A DNA stretch of 64,000 nucleotides, from positions 257,641 to 321,640 of the forward strand of contig CBDDBE010000001.1 in assembly GCA_965225085.1 (NCBI GenBank), written 5' to 3'. The position numbers and the translations under genes are program-made. This DNA comes from an uncultured Candidatus Saccharibacteria bacterium. Its GTDB lineage: Bacteria; Patescibacteriota; Saccharimonadia; Saccharimonadales; EFPC-124. Position 1 is the stretch's first letter; every line of letters starts with the position of its first letter. Under the pieces are notes generated by a model. The model worked only from the letters and a program-made list of their open reading frames with translations. It searched no databases and had not been told where the DNA came from. Shown one piece after another: positions 51,999-60,857 of this stretch.

Positions 51999-53118
51999 AT
52001 TTGTCGGCAAATTCCTGATAGGCGACCCTTTGCTCCAAATTGATGCTGCTCACGGCAAAAAAACGCTTCGCAACGTCCTCATAATGATGATATATGCTCC
52101 AAAATTGCTTCGGCAGATCGCGCAACGCCTCGAGGTCGATACAGTGTTCGGAGATATTATTGTCGTGGAAAAACGAGCTAACCTTTGGACGATAGGCAAT
52201 CCCGAGACACGGCGTGGCGTTAAAGGCCGCCAAGATGTTGGCATGCAACCGCGTACCGATCATTAGATCAAACGAACCAATTGTTTCGATCAAATCCTGC
52301 AGTGATTGAGGGCGATATATTTCGCACGCTATACCAGCTTCGCGCAGGCGTATTTGCAACTGCTGCGATGCCCACAGGTCGTCCCGCTTTTCGCTTTTGC
52401 TGACCAGCATCGGCAGCAAAATGACGCGGAAATCACCAGCCGGCAGCGACGCAATAAATGTCGACACGTGCTCGATCAGCCTCGGAAAATTCCGATGCGG
52501 ATCGGGAAGGTGATAAAGCAACGACACACCAATGACGAACGGTTGGCCTTTTTCAGGAAGCCGATGCGTACGCGGCTGATAAAATGGCAAGTTGACAGCC
52601 AGGTCCGTCAGAACCGTAGCCCCAGGAATATTCAGAATGCTTGCCGAACGCTGCTCGCGCAGGATGACTGTCGTTGCCAACCTGGCAGAAAGTCGCGCCA
52701 GCCACAACGAATAACCACTCAGCTTGCCAATACCGCACCCGACATAGTGAACCTTCTTGCCAAAGGCTCGCGCGAGTATGTTCAGCCCGATCATCTTGTA
52801 TAGCGGTTGGCGTGGGAACCGGTTACCATACCACTTTACCCACACATCACCGCCCCAGTACACTATGCTGTCAACCTCCAGGAAGACTCGGACCTTTTTC
52901 CAGGCATCGCGCACGCTGGTTGTCGAGATAGTTGTTACTAAGCTCTTTGCAATATCAGGCAGCAGGTCATCGTGAGCCGAGTTGATATACAACCTATGTC
53001 CTGCAAATAGCTGTGCAGCAGCGACCAAGAAAACATCATCGCCCAAATTGCCACGCCCGTATGAGCCAAGGAGCAATGTGGCCCGCTGCTTGGCTATTTT
53101 TTTTCGCCTGCCTATCAT
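51991..53118 (-). CDS. polysaccharide pyruvyl transferase family protein
   Basis: 375-aa ORF with LLLGSYGRGNLGDDVFLVAA, IGTRLHANILA and a CsaB/WcaK-like layout. Confidence 0.8.
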   Translation of the reverse strand: MIGRRKKIAKQRATLLLGSYGRGNLGDDVFLVAAAQLFAGHRLYINSAHDDLLPDIAKSLVTTISTTSVRDAWKKVRVFLEVDSIVYWGGDVWVKWYGNRFPRQPLYKMIGLNILARAFGKKVHYVGCGIGKLSGYSLWLARLSARLATTVILREQRSASILNIPGATVLTDLAVNLPFYQPRTHRLPEKGQPFVIGVSLLYHLPDPHRNFPRLIEHVSTFIASLPAGDFRVILLPMLVSKSEKRDDLWASQQLQIRLREAGIACEIYRPQSLQDLIETIGSFDLMIGTRLHANILAAFNATPCLGIAYRPKVSSFFHDNNISEHCIDLEALRDLPKQFWSIYHHYEDVAKRFFAVSSINLEQRVAYQEFADKYE

Positions 53119-54251
53119 GCCGCTTCGCTCATAAATTCATACTCACGGGCCGCCACTTGCTCGACGCTAAACTGCCGGGCGTACTTGGTGATGCGGTCTT
53201 GCTCGGCCTGGTAGGCTGCCGGGTCGCGGGCGTACTGGCTCAGGAGCTCGCTCGCTCGCGCCGTCATACCGGCCACATCGCGAAGCGGCGTCAGCGTTAC
53301 TGCGTCGCCAAATACCGCCGGATACACGGGCAGCTCATAGGTAACCACCGGCGTGCCCACAGCCAACGCCTCTGCAATTGCGATCCCCCAACCTTCTTCA
53401 ACACTAGGGAAGACAAACAATTTCGCACGCGACAACAGATCAAACTTGGTCTGATCGTCAACATAACCAACTACGTCTATTGGCAATTTCTCGGTCGCCA
53501 CGTACTGCCGAATACGCTCCAACTCGGGGCCGCCACCGATCATCACCGCACGGAAATCCTTGATTGTCCGCGCCAACTTTCGACAGACCTCCACAAAGTC
53601 ATCGACGCCCTTTTGCCTCACCATACGCCCGCAAAAAACCAGCGTAATATCCTTTTGGGAATACTCCCGCGGCTGGGCCGATGGCCGCACAAAGTTGCTT
53701 GACAGCAGTATCTGCTGCTTCGTAAAGCCCATCTGGCGCAACCGGTCAGCCACTAGTTGGTTCACAACCACGACCTTCCCGAACCGATGGCGGATAAGCG
53801 CAAAGCATACCTTCTCTTGCCAGTTTGCCAGGCGTGTATTCAGATTTGCCGGGCGCTCCATGTCCTGAATAATGTGATGAATAAACACTACCTTTGCATG
53901 ACGGCTACGCTTCGCAAACGCCACAGGTAACACATCTGGCAGGAAGTGCGAACTAGCGACGAGTACATCCTGGCTCTTTACGATCTTGTTCACCCCTGCC
54001 GCCCCGCGCAGAGCCCGCAACACATATAGCGCTGCCACGGGTCTACGCACCGCCGGCTCGGGATGGGCAACCGTCCTCAGGCGCGGAACCTCGGGGTATA
54101 CGCTGGCCTGCCCGTCACCATGCGACATTACCAGCAGGGCTTCGACAGCCGGCCTAAAGTCGAGCAACCAGCCCAAAAATCCGCTCATGTGCATATCGCC
54201 GCCAGATACGTCGCCGATAAAACAGTTGCGATACACTACCAGCCTATTCAC
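53115..54251 (-). CDS. GT4-family glycosyltransferase
   Basis: 378-aa ORF with FVFPSVEEGWGIAIAEALAVGTPVV (the E-x7-E region). Confidence 0.85.
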   Translation of the reverse strand: MNRLVVYRNCFIGDVSGGDMHMSGFLGWLLDFRPAVEALLVMSHGDGQASVYPEVPRLRTVAHPEPAVRRPVAALYVLRALRGAAGVNKIVKSQDVLVASSHFLPDVLPVAFAKRSRHAKVVFIHHIIQDMERPANLNTRLANWQEKVCFALIRHRFGKVVVVNQLVADRLRQMGFTKQQILLSSNFVRPSAQPREYSQKDITLVFCGRMVRQKGVDDFVEVCRKLARTIKDFRAVMIGGGPELERIRQYVATEKLPIDVVGYVDDQTKFDLLSRAKLFVFPSVEEGWGIAIAEALAVGTPVVTYELPVYPAVFGDAVTLTPLRDVAGMTARASELLSQYARDPAAYQAEQDRITKYARQFSVEQVAAREYEFMSEAA

Positions 54252-55090
54252 GCTTGGTCTCCGTGCATTAGCGTACGCTTGGCACGCCAGTACCCCAGAC
54301 CACCGCTGGCGTATTCGGCGGTTTTGAGCACCAACATGCCGATACCGAGCAACGGATTGCGCAGTAGCTTACCCGGACGCGAGAAAAATAACTTATAGCG
54401 CTGAAGTGGCCCAGACTGATCGGTCAGAGCCGAACGAGTCGGATTCTTGGCGAAATATTCTGCCGCGTGCTGGGCGTAATAGTACATCTTGCCAACGGTC
54501 CGGCCAAAATGCAAACGCCCTTCGTTGTGCATGACGCGCGCGGTCGAACGTGCGACAGTCGAGACAGCAGCAACTCGCCGCGACAGGTCCCAATCTTCGC
54601 CACCGGTCATTTCCTCGCTATAGCCGCCGACCCGGTCGAAGACATCCCGCCGAAAAAACCGTGCCGCCTCAATGGCATCTTGCCCCACATAGAACGATCG
54701 CTCCAACCGCTTACACGCCGCCCAAAAGCCTTCGCCGAATGACTCCTCGGGGATAATTACACCGCCAGTCTCGGGGTCGGCCGTGATGGCCTGCACGCAC
54801 GACTCCACGACGCCAGGCTCTAGCTCCATATCCGAATCGATCACCAGGACATACTCGCCCTTCGACTGCCGGATCGCAACGTTGCGCTGGACCGAGCGCT
54901 CCGGGCCTTTGTTGTACACTTGGTCGGTGTAGCGCGCGGCGATGTCCTTGGTATCATCGGTCGAATTATTATCCACCACGATGAGCTCGGTTGGTTGATA
55001 TGTCTGCTGCGCGATCGTCCGCAGGCACGCATCGAGCGTATCATGGTTGTTGCGCGTCGTGACGATAACAGATACAAGCGGTCGGTTCAT
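54248..55090 (-). CDS. GT2-family glycosyltransferase
   Basis: 280-aa ORF with VSVIVTTRNNHDTLDACLRTIAQQTY, ELIVVDNNSTDDT and VIDSDME (DxD). Confidence 0.85.
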   Translation of the reverse strand: MNRPLVSVIVTTRNNHDTLDACLRTIAQQTYQPTELIVVDNNSTDDTKDIAARYTDQVYNKGPERSVQRNVAIRQSKGEYVLVIDSDMELEPGVVESCVQAITADPETGGVIIPEESFGEGFWAACKRLERSFYVGQDAIEAARFFRRDVFDRVGGYSEEMTGGEDWDLSRRVAAVSTVARSTARVMHNEGRLHFGRTVGKMYYYAQHAAEYFAKNPTRSALTDQSGPLQRYKLFFSRPGKLLRNPLLGIGMLVLKTAEYASGGLGYWRAKRTLMHGDQA

Positions 55091-56205
55091 GTGGCTACTC
55101 CTATCACACGTTTAAAATCCTGATAGCTTTGGTCAAAGGTAATTGTTTTGCTCCATTCCCACGCAGCACGGCGCATTCTCTCATACTCATTCCCATCGCG
55201 GAGTAACCGGGCAACACCATGAGCCAACGAGGATGGCGAGGAATGGGTCACAATCCCAGTCAACCCATGGCGCACGCTATCACGCAGCCCATTCACGTCG
55301 TACACAACGGCAGGCGTCCCTTGACTGGCGGCCTCGGTCACCGTCAAGCCCCATCCTTCGTGCACAGCCGTCTGCAAAATGGCGTGGCTTTTTTGCATTA
55401 ACGTGGCTTTTTGCGCTCGGCTGACTCGGCCAAGATACTCAATGTCACCCCTGTACGGACTCTGTGCAATACGCGCCAAAACCTTCTGACCATACGAGCC
55501 ATCCGATTTGCCGGCGATCTTCATGCGGGCGTGGGGCAGCGTAAGCTTCAACGTTTCGAAGGCCAGAATTTGGTCCAGTGTCCGCTTCATAGCGCGCATG
55601 GCGCCCAGGCTCAGAATAGTCGGACGCTCATATTTTGCGACGCCATCCAGCGATCCCAGCGGCTCTATCTCTATCCCTTCGGAAATAATGTGCATACCCT
55701 CAGGGTCAAAACCATGTTTCGCCAAATCGCTAGCCGTGCTATTACTAACCGTGACAACTGGCGTCCGCGACATACTCAGCAGCCGGCTTGCCGCTGGCTC
55801 CAGAATATAGCGACCGATCTGGCTGAGCGGCGGCTTGGTCTCGTAGGCCCATACCGGCCCATCCATCTGGTGATACAGCAGATATTTCTTGGCCTTGTCC
55901 TCAAATAGCACGCTAAAGTACGGCGAGACCTGTACTTCCTCGATCAAAACCTGATAACGATTACGCATATGCTTCAAGTAATATGCCAGCGCCTGAAAGG
56001 GGTGAGTATAGCGATTCCGACCCACGCGTATAACTTCGATGCCGTTCAGATTCTCGTGCTTTGGGGCATCGCCATACCCGCACGTCAGCATCGTCACCGC
56101 GTGCCCGTCGGCCAATAGCCGCTTGCTTAGCTCGCGAGCCACCACCTCGGCGCCACCAGCCTCGGGATGACGGTAATCCTTCCACGTCAGCCAAGCGATG
56201 TGCAT
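55087..56205 (-). CDS. GT4-family glycosyltransferase
   Basis: Start placed at ATG 56205 (MHIAWLTWKDYRHPEAGGAEVV...). It contains HEGWGLTVTEAASQGTPAVV. Confidence 0.85.
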   Translation of the reverse strand: MHIAWLTWKDYRHPEAGGAEVVARELSKRLLADGHAVTMLTCGYGDAPKHENLNGIEVIRVGRNRYTHPFQALAYYLKHMRNRYQVLIEEVQVSPYFSVLFEDKAKKYLLYHQMDGPVWAYETKPPLSQIGRYILEPAASRLLSMSRTPVVTVSNSTASDLAKHGFDPEGMHIISEGIEIEPLGSLDGVAKYERPTILSLGAMRAMKRTLDQILAFETLKLTLPHARMKIAGKSDGSYGQKVLARIAQSPYRGDIEYLGRVSRAQKATLMQKSHAILQTAVHEGWGLTVTEAASQGTPAVVYDVNGLRDSVRHGLTGIVTHSSPSSLAHGVARLLRDGNEYERMRRAAWEWSKTITFDQSYQDFKRVIGVAT

Positions 56206-56206
56206 A

Positions 56207-57199
56207 TTAACTCCGCACCTCTTCAAAAAGCTCAGCCTGCTGTGCGGCGCGCTCCTCGGGCCGCACAACGTACAGCGGTCGGTTAGTCACCTCAGCGTGA
56301 ATGTGGGCGATGTATAGCGCCATCAATCCCAGGCAGGCCAAAACCAGGCCAACCATAAAGACAATCATCACCGCCAGCATCGTCGTGCTGTTTGTCCCCA
56401 AGTGCAGGTAATCGTGCAGCATATATCGCTCGAAGTACAGGAACAGTCCACTCGGAATGCTCACCGCCAAAATAAACCCGCCCAGATACCCCGCCAAACG
56501 AAGGGGTAGCAGACTATAGGCTGTAAAGCTATTTACGGCCAGTGTCACCAGTTTGCGAAATGTATACCCGGGAGTGCCAAACTGCCGCGGCTGTTGCTCG
56601 AAATAGATGTATTCTCGGTCGAACCCGAGCCAATCGATCAGCCCACGGGTAATACGATTGCGTTCTGTAAACTGATTGAACACATTGATAACCTTGCGGT
56701 CCAGCAGGCGATAGTCAGTAGCATTCGGCGTGATCTTGGTGTGGGAAATGCGCTGCATAATCTTATAGAAAATCTTCGCCCCAGCCCTCTTCACCAGGCT
56801 CAGATTGCGCGACTTAAATACCCCCACGACCACCTCTGCCCCAGATTCCCACTTGTGTATAAACTGGTTCATCAGGCTCGGTGGCATCTGCATGTCAGCA
56901 TCCATGATAAGTGCGGCATTGCCGCGAGCTGCGTGCAGGCCAGCCGTGACCGCCGCTTCCTTACCAAAGTTCCGGCTAAAGCGGATAAGTCGTACTCGCT
57001 GATCCTTACGCGCAAAACGCCCTAACACTTTTGCCGAATCGTCGTGGCTGCCGTCGTCCACAAATAGCATCTCAAACTGATACGGTAGCACCCCGCTATG
57101 CTGCGCTATCTCTTTGTATAACATCGGCAAACTATCTGCCTCGTTATAGACAGGTACTATGATCGAAATGAGTGGCGCATGTGCATGTGCCTTCATCAC
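56207..57199 (-). CDS. GT2 polyprenyl-phosphate glycosyltransferase (GtrB/ArnC/DPM1-like, two C-terminal TM helices)
   Basis: The ORF has ISIIVPVYNEADSL, VDDGSHDDS and IMDADMQ motifs. The start is GTG 57199 or ATG 57196, overlapping the upstream stop. Confidence 0.85.
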   Translation of the reverse strand: MMKAHAHAPLISIIVPVYNEADSLPMLYKEIAQHSGVLPYQFEMLFVDDGSHDDSAKVLGRFARKDQRVRLIRFSRNFGKEAAVTAGLHAARGNAALIMDADMQMPPSLMNQFIHKWESGAEVVVGVFKSRNLSLVKRAGAKIFYKIMQRISHTKITPNATDYRLLDRKVINVFNQFTERNRITRGLIDWLGFDREYIYFEQQPRQFGTPGYTFRKLVTLAVNSFTAYSLLPLRLAGYLGGFILAVSIPSGLFLYFERYMLHDYLHLGTNSTTMLAVMIVFMVGLVLACLGLMALYIAHIHAEVTNRPLYVVRPEERAAQQAELFEEVRS

Positions 57200-58494
57200 G
57201 CTCGTCCCTCCTCTTTTTGCTTAAACATATACTGGCTGGCGGTGAGGCCAACTATCAGGAAAAGCATACCCAGGCTGCCCGCAAGCAGGTTCCAAACGAC
57301 GCCGCTCAGGGTCGAATGGTTGAATATCATCAGCACATATGTCAGCGCAGCGCCGGCCGTTGCGGCAATTGCGATCGCGTACCGACGCAGGGCCATGTAG
57401 TAGGCCGTCATCAGGTTCACGACAGACACCACAAAGATGGTAATGCTGAGCAACGGCAGTAAATGCGCATACGTTGCGTACTGACTGCCCATCAGAAGAC
57501 GAATAATCCACTGTGGCTGCAGAGCGAAGACAAGCAGGACCGGAACACCAACTGCCACCAGCATGTACAGCGATTTCCGAAGTAATTGGCTATTCTGCGC
57601 AGCGGTGTTTCGTAGCTTGACCGATGGCATGAGCACCTGCGAAATCGAACCAGTCACAAAGAAAATAATCCGTGCAACGGTTGCTATACCGGCGTACAAC
57701 CCGGCCGTCTGCGCGTCGAAGTAGTGCTTGACTACCAAGATATCGATGCTAAATTGCAGCGTCGTGATGAGCGACGTAATCAGCACGACACCTGAATATT
57801 TCAACTCTGGCGCAAGCAAACTCATGTCTGGCAGCCATCTGCTATCAGGAGTCTTCCTGAGCCCCATCTGTCGTGCCCAATACGCCACATACACAAAAGC
57901 CAGGAACTGCGCGGCCACCACGCCCCACATTGCGCCTGCCGTGCCGAGCCCAATCGCAACAAGCCCGGCTGACAGCACGATCTTGGTCGCTGACGCTAGC
58001 AAATTACTTATTGATGCCACGCCAAACGCATGACGCCCCCGCACAAATGAGCTACGAAAGGTAAAGGGCACGCTAACCACGATGGCCAGCACCAAAATAA
58101 CGAACGGCAGCGAATCATCAAAACGAAAGAAATGTTGCAACTGGTGCCGAAATACCACCGCTACCGCCAGCAGCACAAAGCTCGCCAGCAATGCAATCCG
58201 CTCCAGCTCGAATATCACTCTGTTACGGCGAGCTTCGTCGACATAGTTTGCCGCAATATTAACCGTCACCAGCCCAAGCACCGCGAGGAAAATACCCAGC
58301 TGCAAAAAAAACGATACCAACGTCTGCACCTCACCAAAGGCAGCTGGCGCCATAAGCCGCCCAATAACCGGATAATACAGATAGTTCAGCGCACCGACAG
58401 CGACTGATCCGACAAAAAATATAGCGTTGTGTCGGACGAATGAGTTCTGACGCAATGTTTTGAATATTTCCACCACCGGCACAATGTAGCACAC
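57196..58494 (-). CDS. polysaccharide flippase (Wzx-like, MOP superfamily)
   Basis: 432-aa ORF with a GTG start, about 12-14 TM helices and a typical oligosaccharide-flippase layout. Confidence 0.75.
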   Translation of the reverse strand: MCYIVPVVEIFKTLRQNSFVRHNAIFFVGSVAVGALNYLYYPVIGRLMAPAAFGEVQTLVSFFLQLGIFLAVLGLVTVNIAANYVDEARRNRVIFELERIALLASFVLLAVAVVFRHQLQHFFRFDDSLPFVILVLAIVVSVPFTFRSSFVRGRHAFGVASISNLLASATKIVLSAGLVAIGLGTAGAMWGVVAAQFLAFVYVAYWARQMGLRKTPDSRWLPDMSLLAPELKYSGVVLITSLITTLQFSIDILVVKHYFDAQTAGLYAGIATVARIIFFVTGSISQVLMPSVKLRNTAAQNSQLLRKSLYMLVAVGVPVLLVFALQPQWIIRLLMGSQYATYAHLLPLLSITIFVVSVVNLMTAYYMALRRYAIAIAATAGAALTYVLMIFNHSTLSGVVWNLLAGSLGMLFLIVGLTASQYMFKQKEEGRA

Positions 58495-58516
58495 GTGGTG
58501 GCGGGCGTAATGTGAG

Positions 58517-58969
58517 TTATTTCGCTATGTTTTGTTTCAATGTTTGCAATCGACTTTGAAAAGACCGGGCCGCGTCGCTAAAACCGAGTACATGAAGCGC
58601 ACCAACCAGAACATACAATTCGTCAAGCTGATCAGAATTGCGAGACTCGGCCTCGTGTCTGGCAAATTGCTTCCCGATGAGCTCGACGAGCCATTTTTCC
58701 TGCGCGCGTGTAACGGGCTTGGCGACGGGAACGTCTTTTGCGACCGCGTCGCATATCTCGAGCGAACGAGCTGAATTATCACGCTTGCGCAAGTGACCTT
58801 TTGCTATCAGATTGTCGATGTGCACGGCCACCGTCGAGACTGACTTGTAATCAAGCGCCCGCATAATCTCGCGGTAGCTGGGGCCATAGCCGTGCTGGGC
58901 GATGAATGCCTGGATAAATACCAAGAGCTCATGCTGTTTCTTGCTGGGGCGAACATCAGCCTCACTCAT
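58517..58969 (-). CDS. LexA-type winged-helix DNA-binding domain protein lacking the S24 peptidase domain
   Basis: The N-terminus KKQHELLVFIQAFIAQHGYGPSYREIMRALDYKSVSTVAVHIDNLIAKGHLRK matches the LexA DNA-binding domain pattern. The C-terminal 80 aa is helical and has no Ser/Lys dyad. It has an ATGA overlap with gtrA. Confidence 0.65.
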   Translation of the reverse strand: MSEADVRPSKKQHELLVFIQAFIAQHGYGPSYREIMRALDYKSVSTVAVHIDNLIAKGHLRKRDNSARSLEICDAVAKDVPVAKPVTRAQEKWLVELIGKQFARHEAESRNSDQLDELYVLVGALHVLGFSDAARSFQSRLQTLKQNIAK

Positions 58970-59430
58970 AATCCTAGCGACTCTCTGACGTGCCGAGGCC
59001 CCTTAAAGACCCACACCTTATCCATGGCATAATTCCAAAAAATCAAAAACGTCCACACGACAAATTTGCCTATGAACGGACTGATACCCAACCAATTTTG
59101 CATGGCCCAGAGCATGCCATACGTCAACAAAAAATTTACAAGTAGCAAGGTACCATATCGAAATGCGCTCGTTCTGAACTGCTCGCCAGTCGCGTTCTTC
59201 CTGAACACCCAATAGCGATTGAGCGCGTAACTGGTTACGAGGCCAGCAACGTATGCCACTGCCGTCGCGACAAGCAACCCAGATTGCACCGGATTATAAA
59301 AGACCCAAAACGTCGCGTAGTCGACAGACGAAACAACGGCACTGGTGACCAGATATTGCACAATTGTGCTGAGCTCACCAGAGCGCTGCAACTTATAAAA
59401 ATAGGGGGCACGATAGTACGGGTGAATCAT
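58966..59430 (-). CDS. GtrA-family membrane protein
   Basis: 154-aa ORF with 4 TM helices, SVDYATFWVFY and LNRYWVFRK, typical of GtrA. Confidence 0.8.
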   Translation of the reverse strand: MIHPYYRAPYFYKLQRSGELSTIVQYLVTSAVVSSVDYATFWVFYNPVQSGLLVATAVAYVAGLVTSYALNRYWVFRKNATGEQFRTSAFRYGTLLLVNFLLTYGMLWAMQNWLGISPFIGKFVVWTFLIFWNYAMDKVWVFKGPRHVRESLGL

Positions 59431-59506
59431 AAGTATTCTGGTATCATCGTACTACATCTTGGACCCAAGCGGGTACTGCGCCGGCAAATGAGCTCTAGCC
59501 CACAAA

Positions 59507-60796
59507 CTAATCTTTACCTACATACAACCCTGCAAATGCCCACCAGGTGAGGGAAGTCGGATCATCAGCCCATCCATGCAAAAACAGATTTATCAATGAT
59601 ACGCCAGCAACGCTAGCCAGCAACGCTATTGGCAATAGTTCACGCCGACGTCGCACAATTGCCAAAACCGTTAACCAATTGATAGCCACAAAGAGGCCGA
59701 GGCCGATTATGCCGACTTCTTGCGCTATTTGCACATAATAGTCCTCGCTCAAATTCGCCCCATTCGCATTGTAGAACGATGCCGGACCAGCGCTACCGGG
59801 GCCAGCCCCAAATGGATGTCGCACAACGTCTGCAATGCCGTGCGCCGTTGCCTGCCAATGCTTCACATTCGAGCCGACGTTCGCGCTGCTGTCATTGACT
59901 GCCGTGTGAAAAACCGCCAAATGCACAGATGGAATTTGCTCCGTCGCCCAGCCAACTACCCCTACAAGTACTACTAATACAACAATCCCCATCTTCATCC
60001 ATCGCCGAAAATGCAACCGCGGCAGCATGAGGACCCCAAGCGTCACCAGCATCGCCCCAGCGCCCAACCATGCGCTGCGTGAGCCACTTAGGCCAAGCGC
60101 AAGCAGTCCCAAAATTAACGCCGCCCAGGCTAGCACGTCTCGACGTTTTTTATACAACGTAAACACCGCAATCGCCAATGGCAGCAACAGGTACGCACCC
60201 AGGGCATTTGGCCCACGCATAGTTGCAAAGGCTCGCAGTGCGTTCGGGTCTTGATCTACGACGATATACGGCGCGATGGTCGTGTCTTTGTTGTAGCCAA
60301 ATTGGACCAGAAAATCCCTCGGCAGTACAAACACTTGCAATGCCGCCAGAATGCCGAGGCCCACCATCGCCCACAGCATAAAGCGTGGTATTCGCTCCTT
60401 CAACCATGCCAAGTAATCTGGATTGGCCTCGGCAATAATCTGGACAATAACAAAAATCGCCAAAAACCGCAGGTTCATCAGCAGACCCGCAATCACCGCT
60501 TGAGCTGAGGCTGTCGAGACAAAAGCAAGCCCAATATGCAGCAGAGCATACAGCGCGATGAGTTTATTGACCCAGCGCCCCCGCAAAATGCGTATAATAT
60601 CCGGTCGCAGCACGCCGTACCAAACCACGACCGGAATCAAACCAGCCAGCAGAATCTCTTTCCAGGATTTCCACACCAACAGCGGCCCGATTGCGGTGCC
60701 CAGCCACGTCGATACAAAGGCGTGGACAGGCATTACGACCACAATCAACACCACCACGGCCGTCATGAGCCATAGCAATCGCGATTCGATCTGCAT
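59507..60796 (-). CDS. O-antigen ligase/polymerase-like (Wzy_C) membrane protein
   Basis: Polytopic ORF with GSRSAWLGAG...; the large periplasmic loop has HPFGAGPGS. Start at ATG 60796; the track's TTG at 60844 is possible. Confidence 0.7.
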   Translation of the reverse strand: MQIESRLLWLMTAVVVLIVVVMPVHAFVSTWLGTAIGPLLVWKSWKEILLAGLIPVVVWYGVLRPDIIRILRGRWVNKLIALYALLHIGLAFVSTASAQAVIAGLLMNLRFLAIFVIVQIIAEANPDYLAWLKERIPRFMLWAMVGLGILAALQVFVLPRDFLVQFGYNKDTTIAPYIVVDQDPNALRAFATMRGPNALGAYLLLPLAIAVFTLYKKRRDVLAWAALILGLLALGLSGSRSAWLGAGAMLVTLGVLMLPRLHFRRWMKMGIVVLVVLVGVVGWATEQIPSVHLAVFHTAVNDSSANVGSNVKHWQATAHGIADVVRHPFGAGPGSAGPASFYNANGANLSEDYYVQIAQEVGIIGLGLFVAINWLTVLAIVRRRRELLPIALLASVAGVSLINLFLHGWADDPTSLTWWAFAGLYVGKD

Positions 60797-60857
60797 CGGA
60801 GTTCTTGTGTTCACTTCTGACAGTAATGATACAATGTTATGCAAGGATTACCTACCT

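Noticed and set aside
53013-53702. 229-aa plus-strand ORF, with similar ORFs at 52306..52803, 55411..55908 and 56594..57025
   Set aside because: They are antisense to well-supported GT4, pyruvyl-transferase and GT2 genes. Their composition is typical of GC-rich shadow frames.
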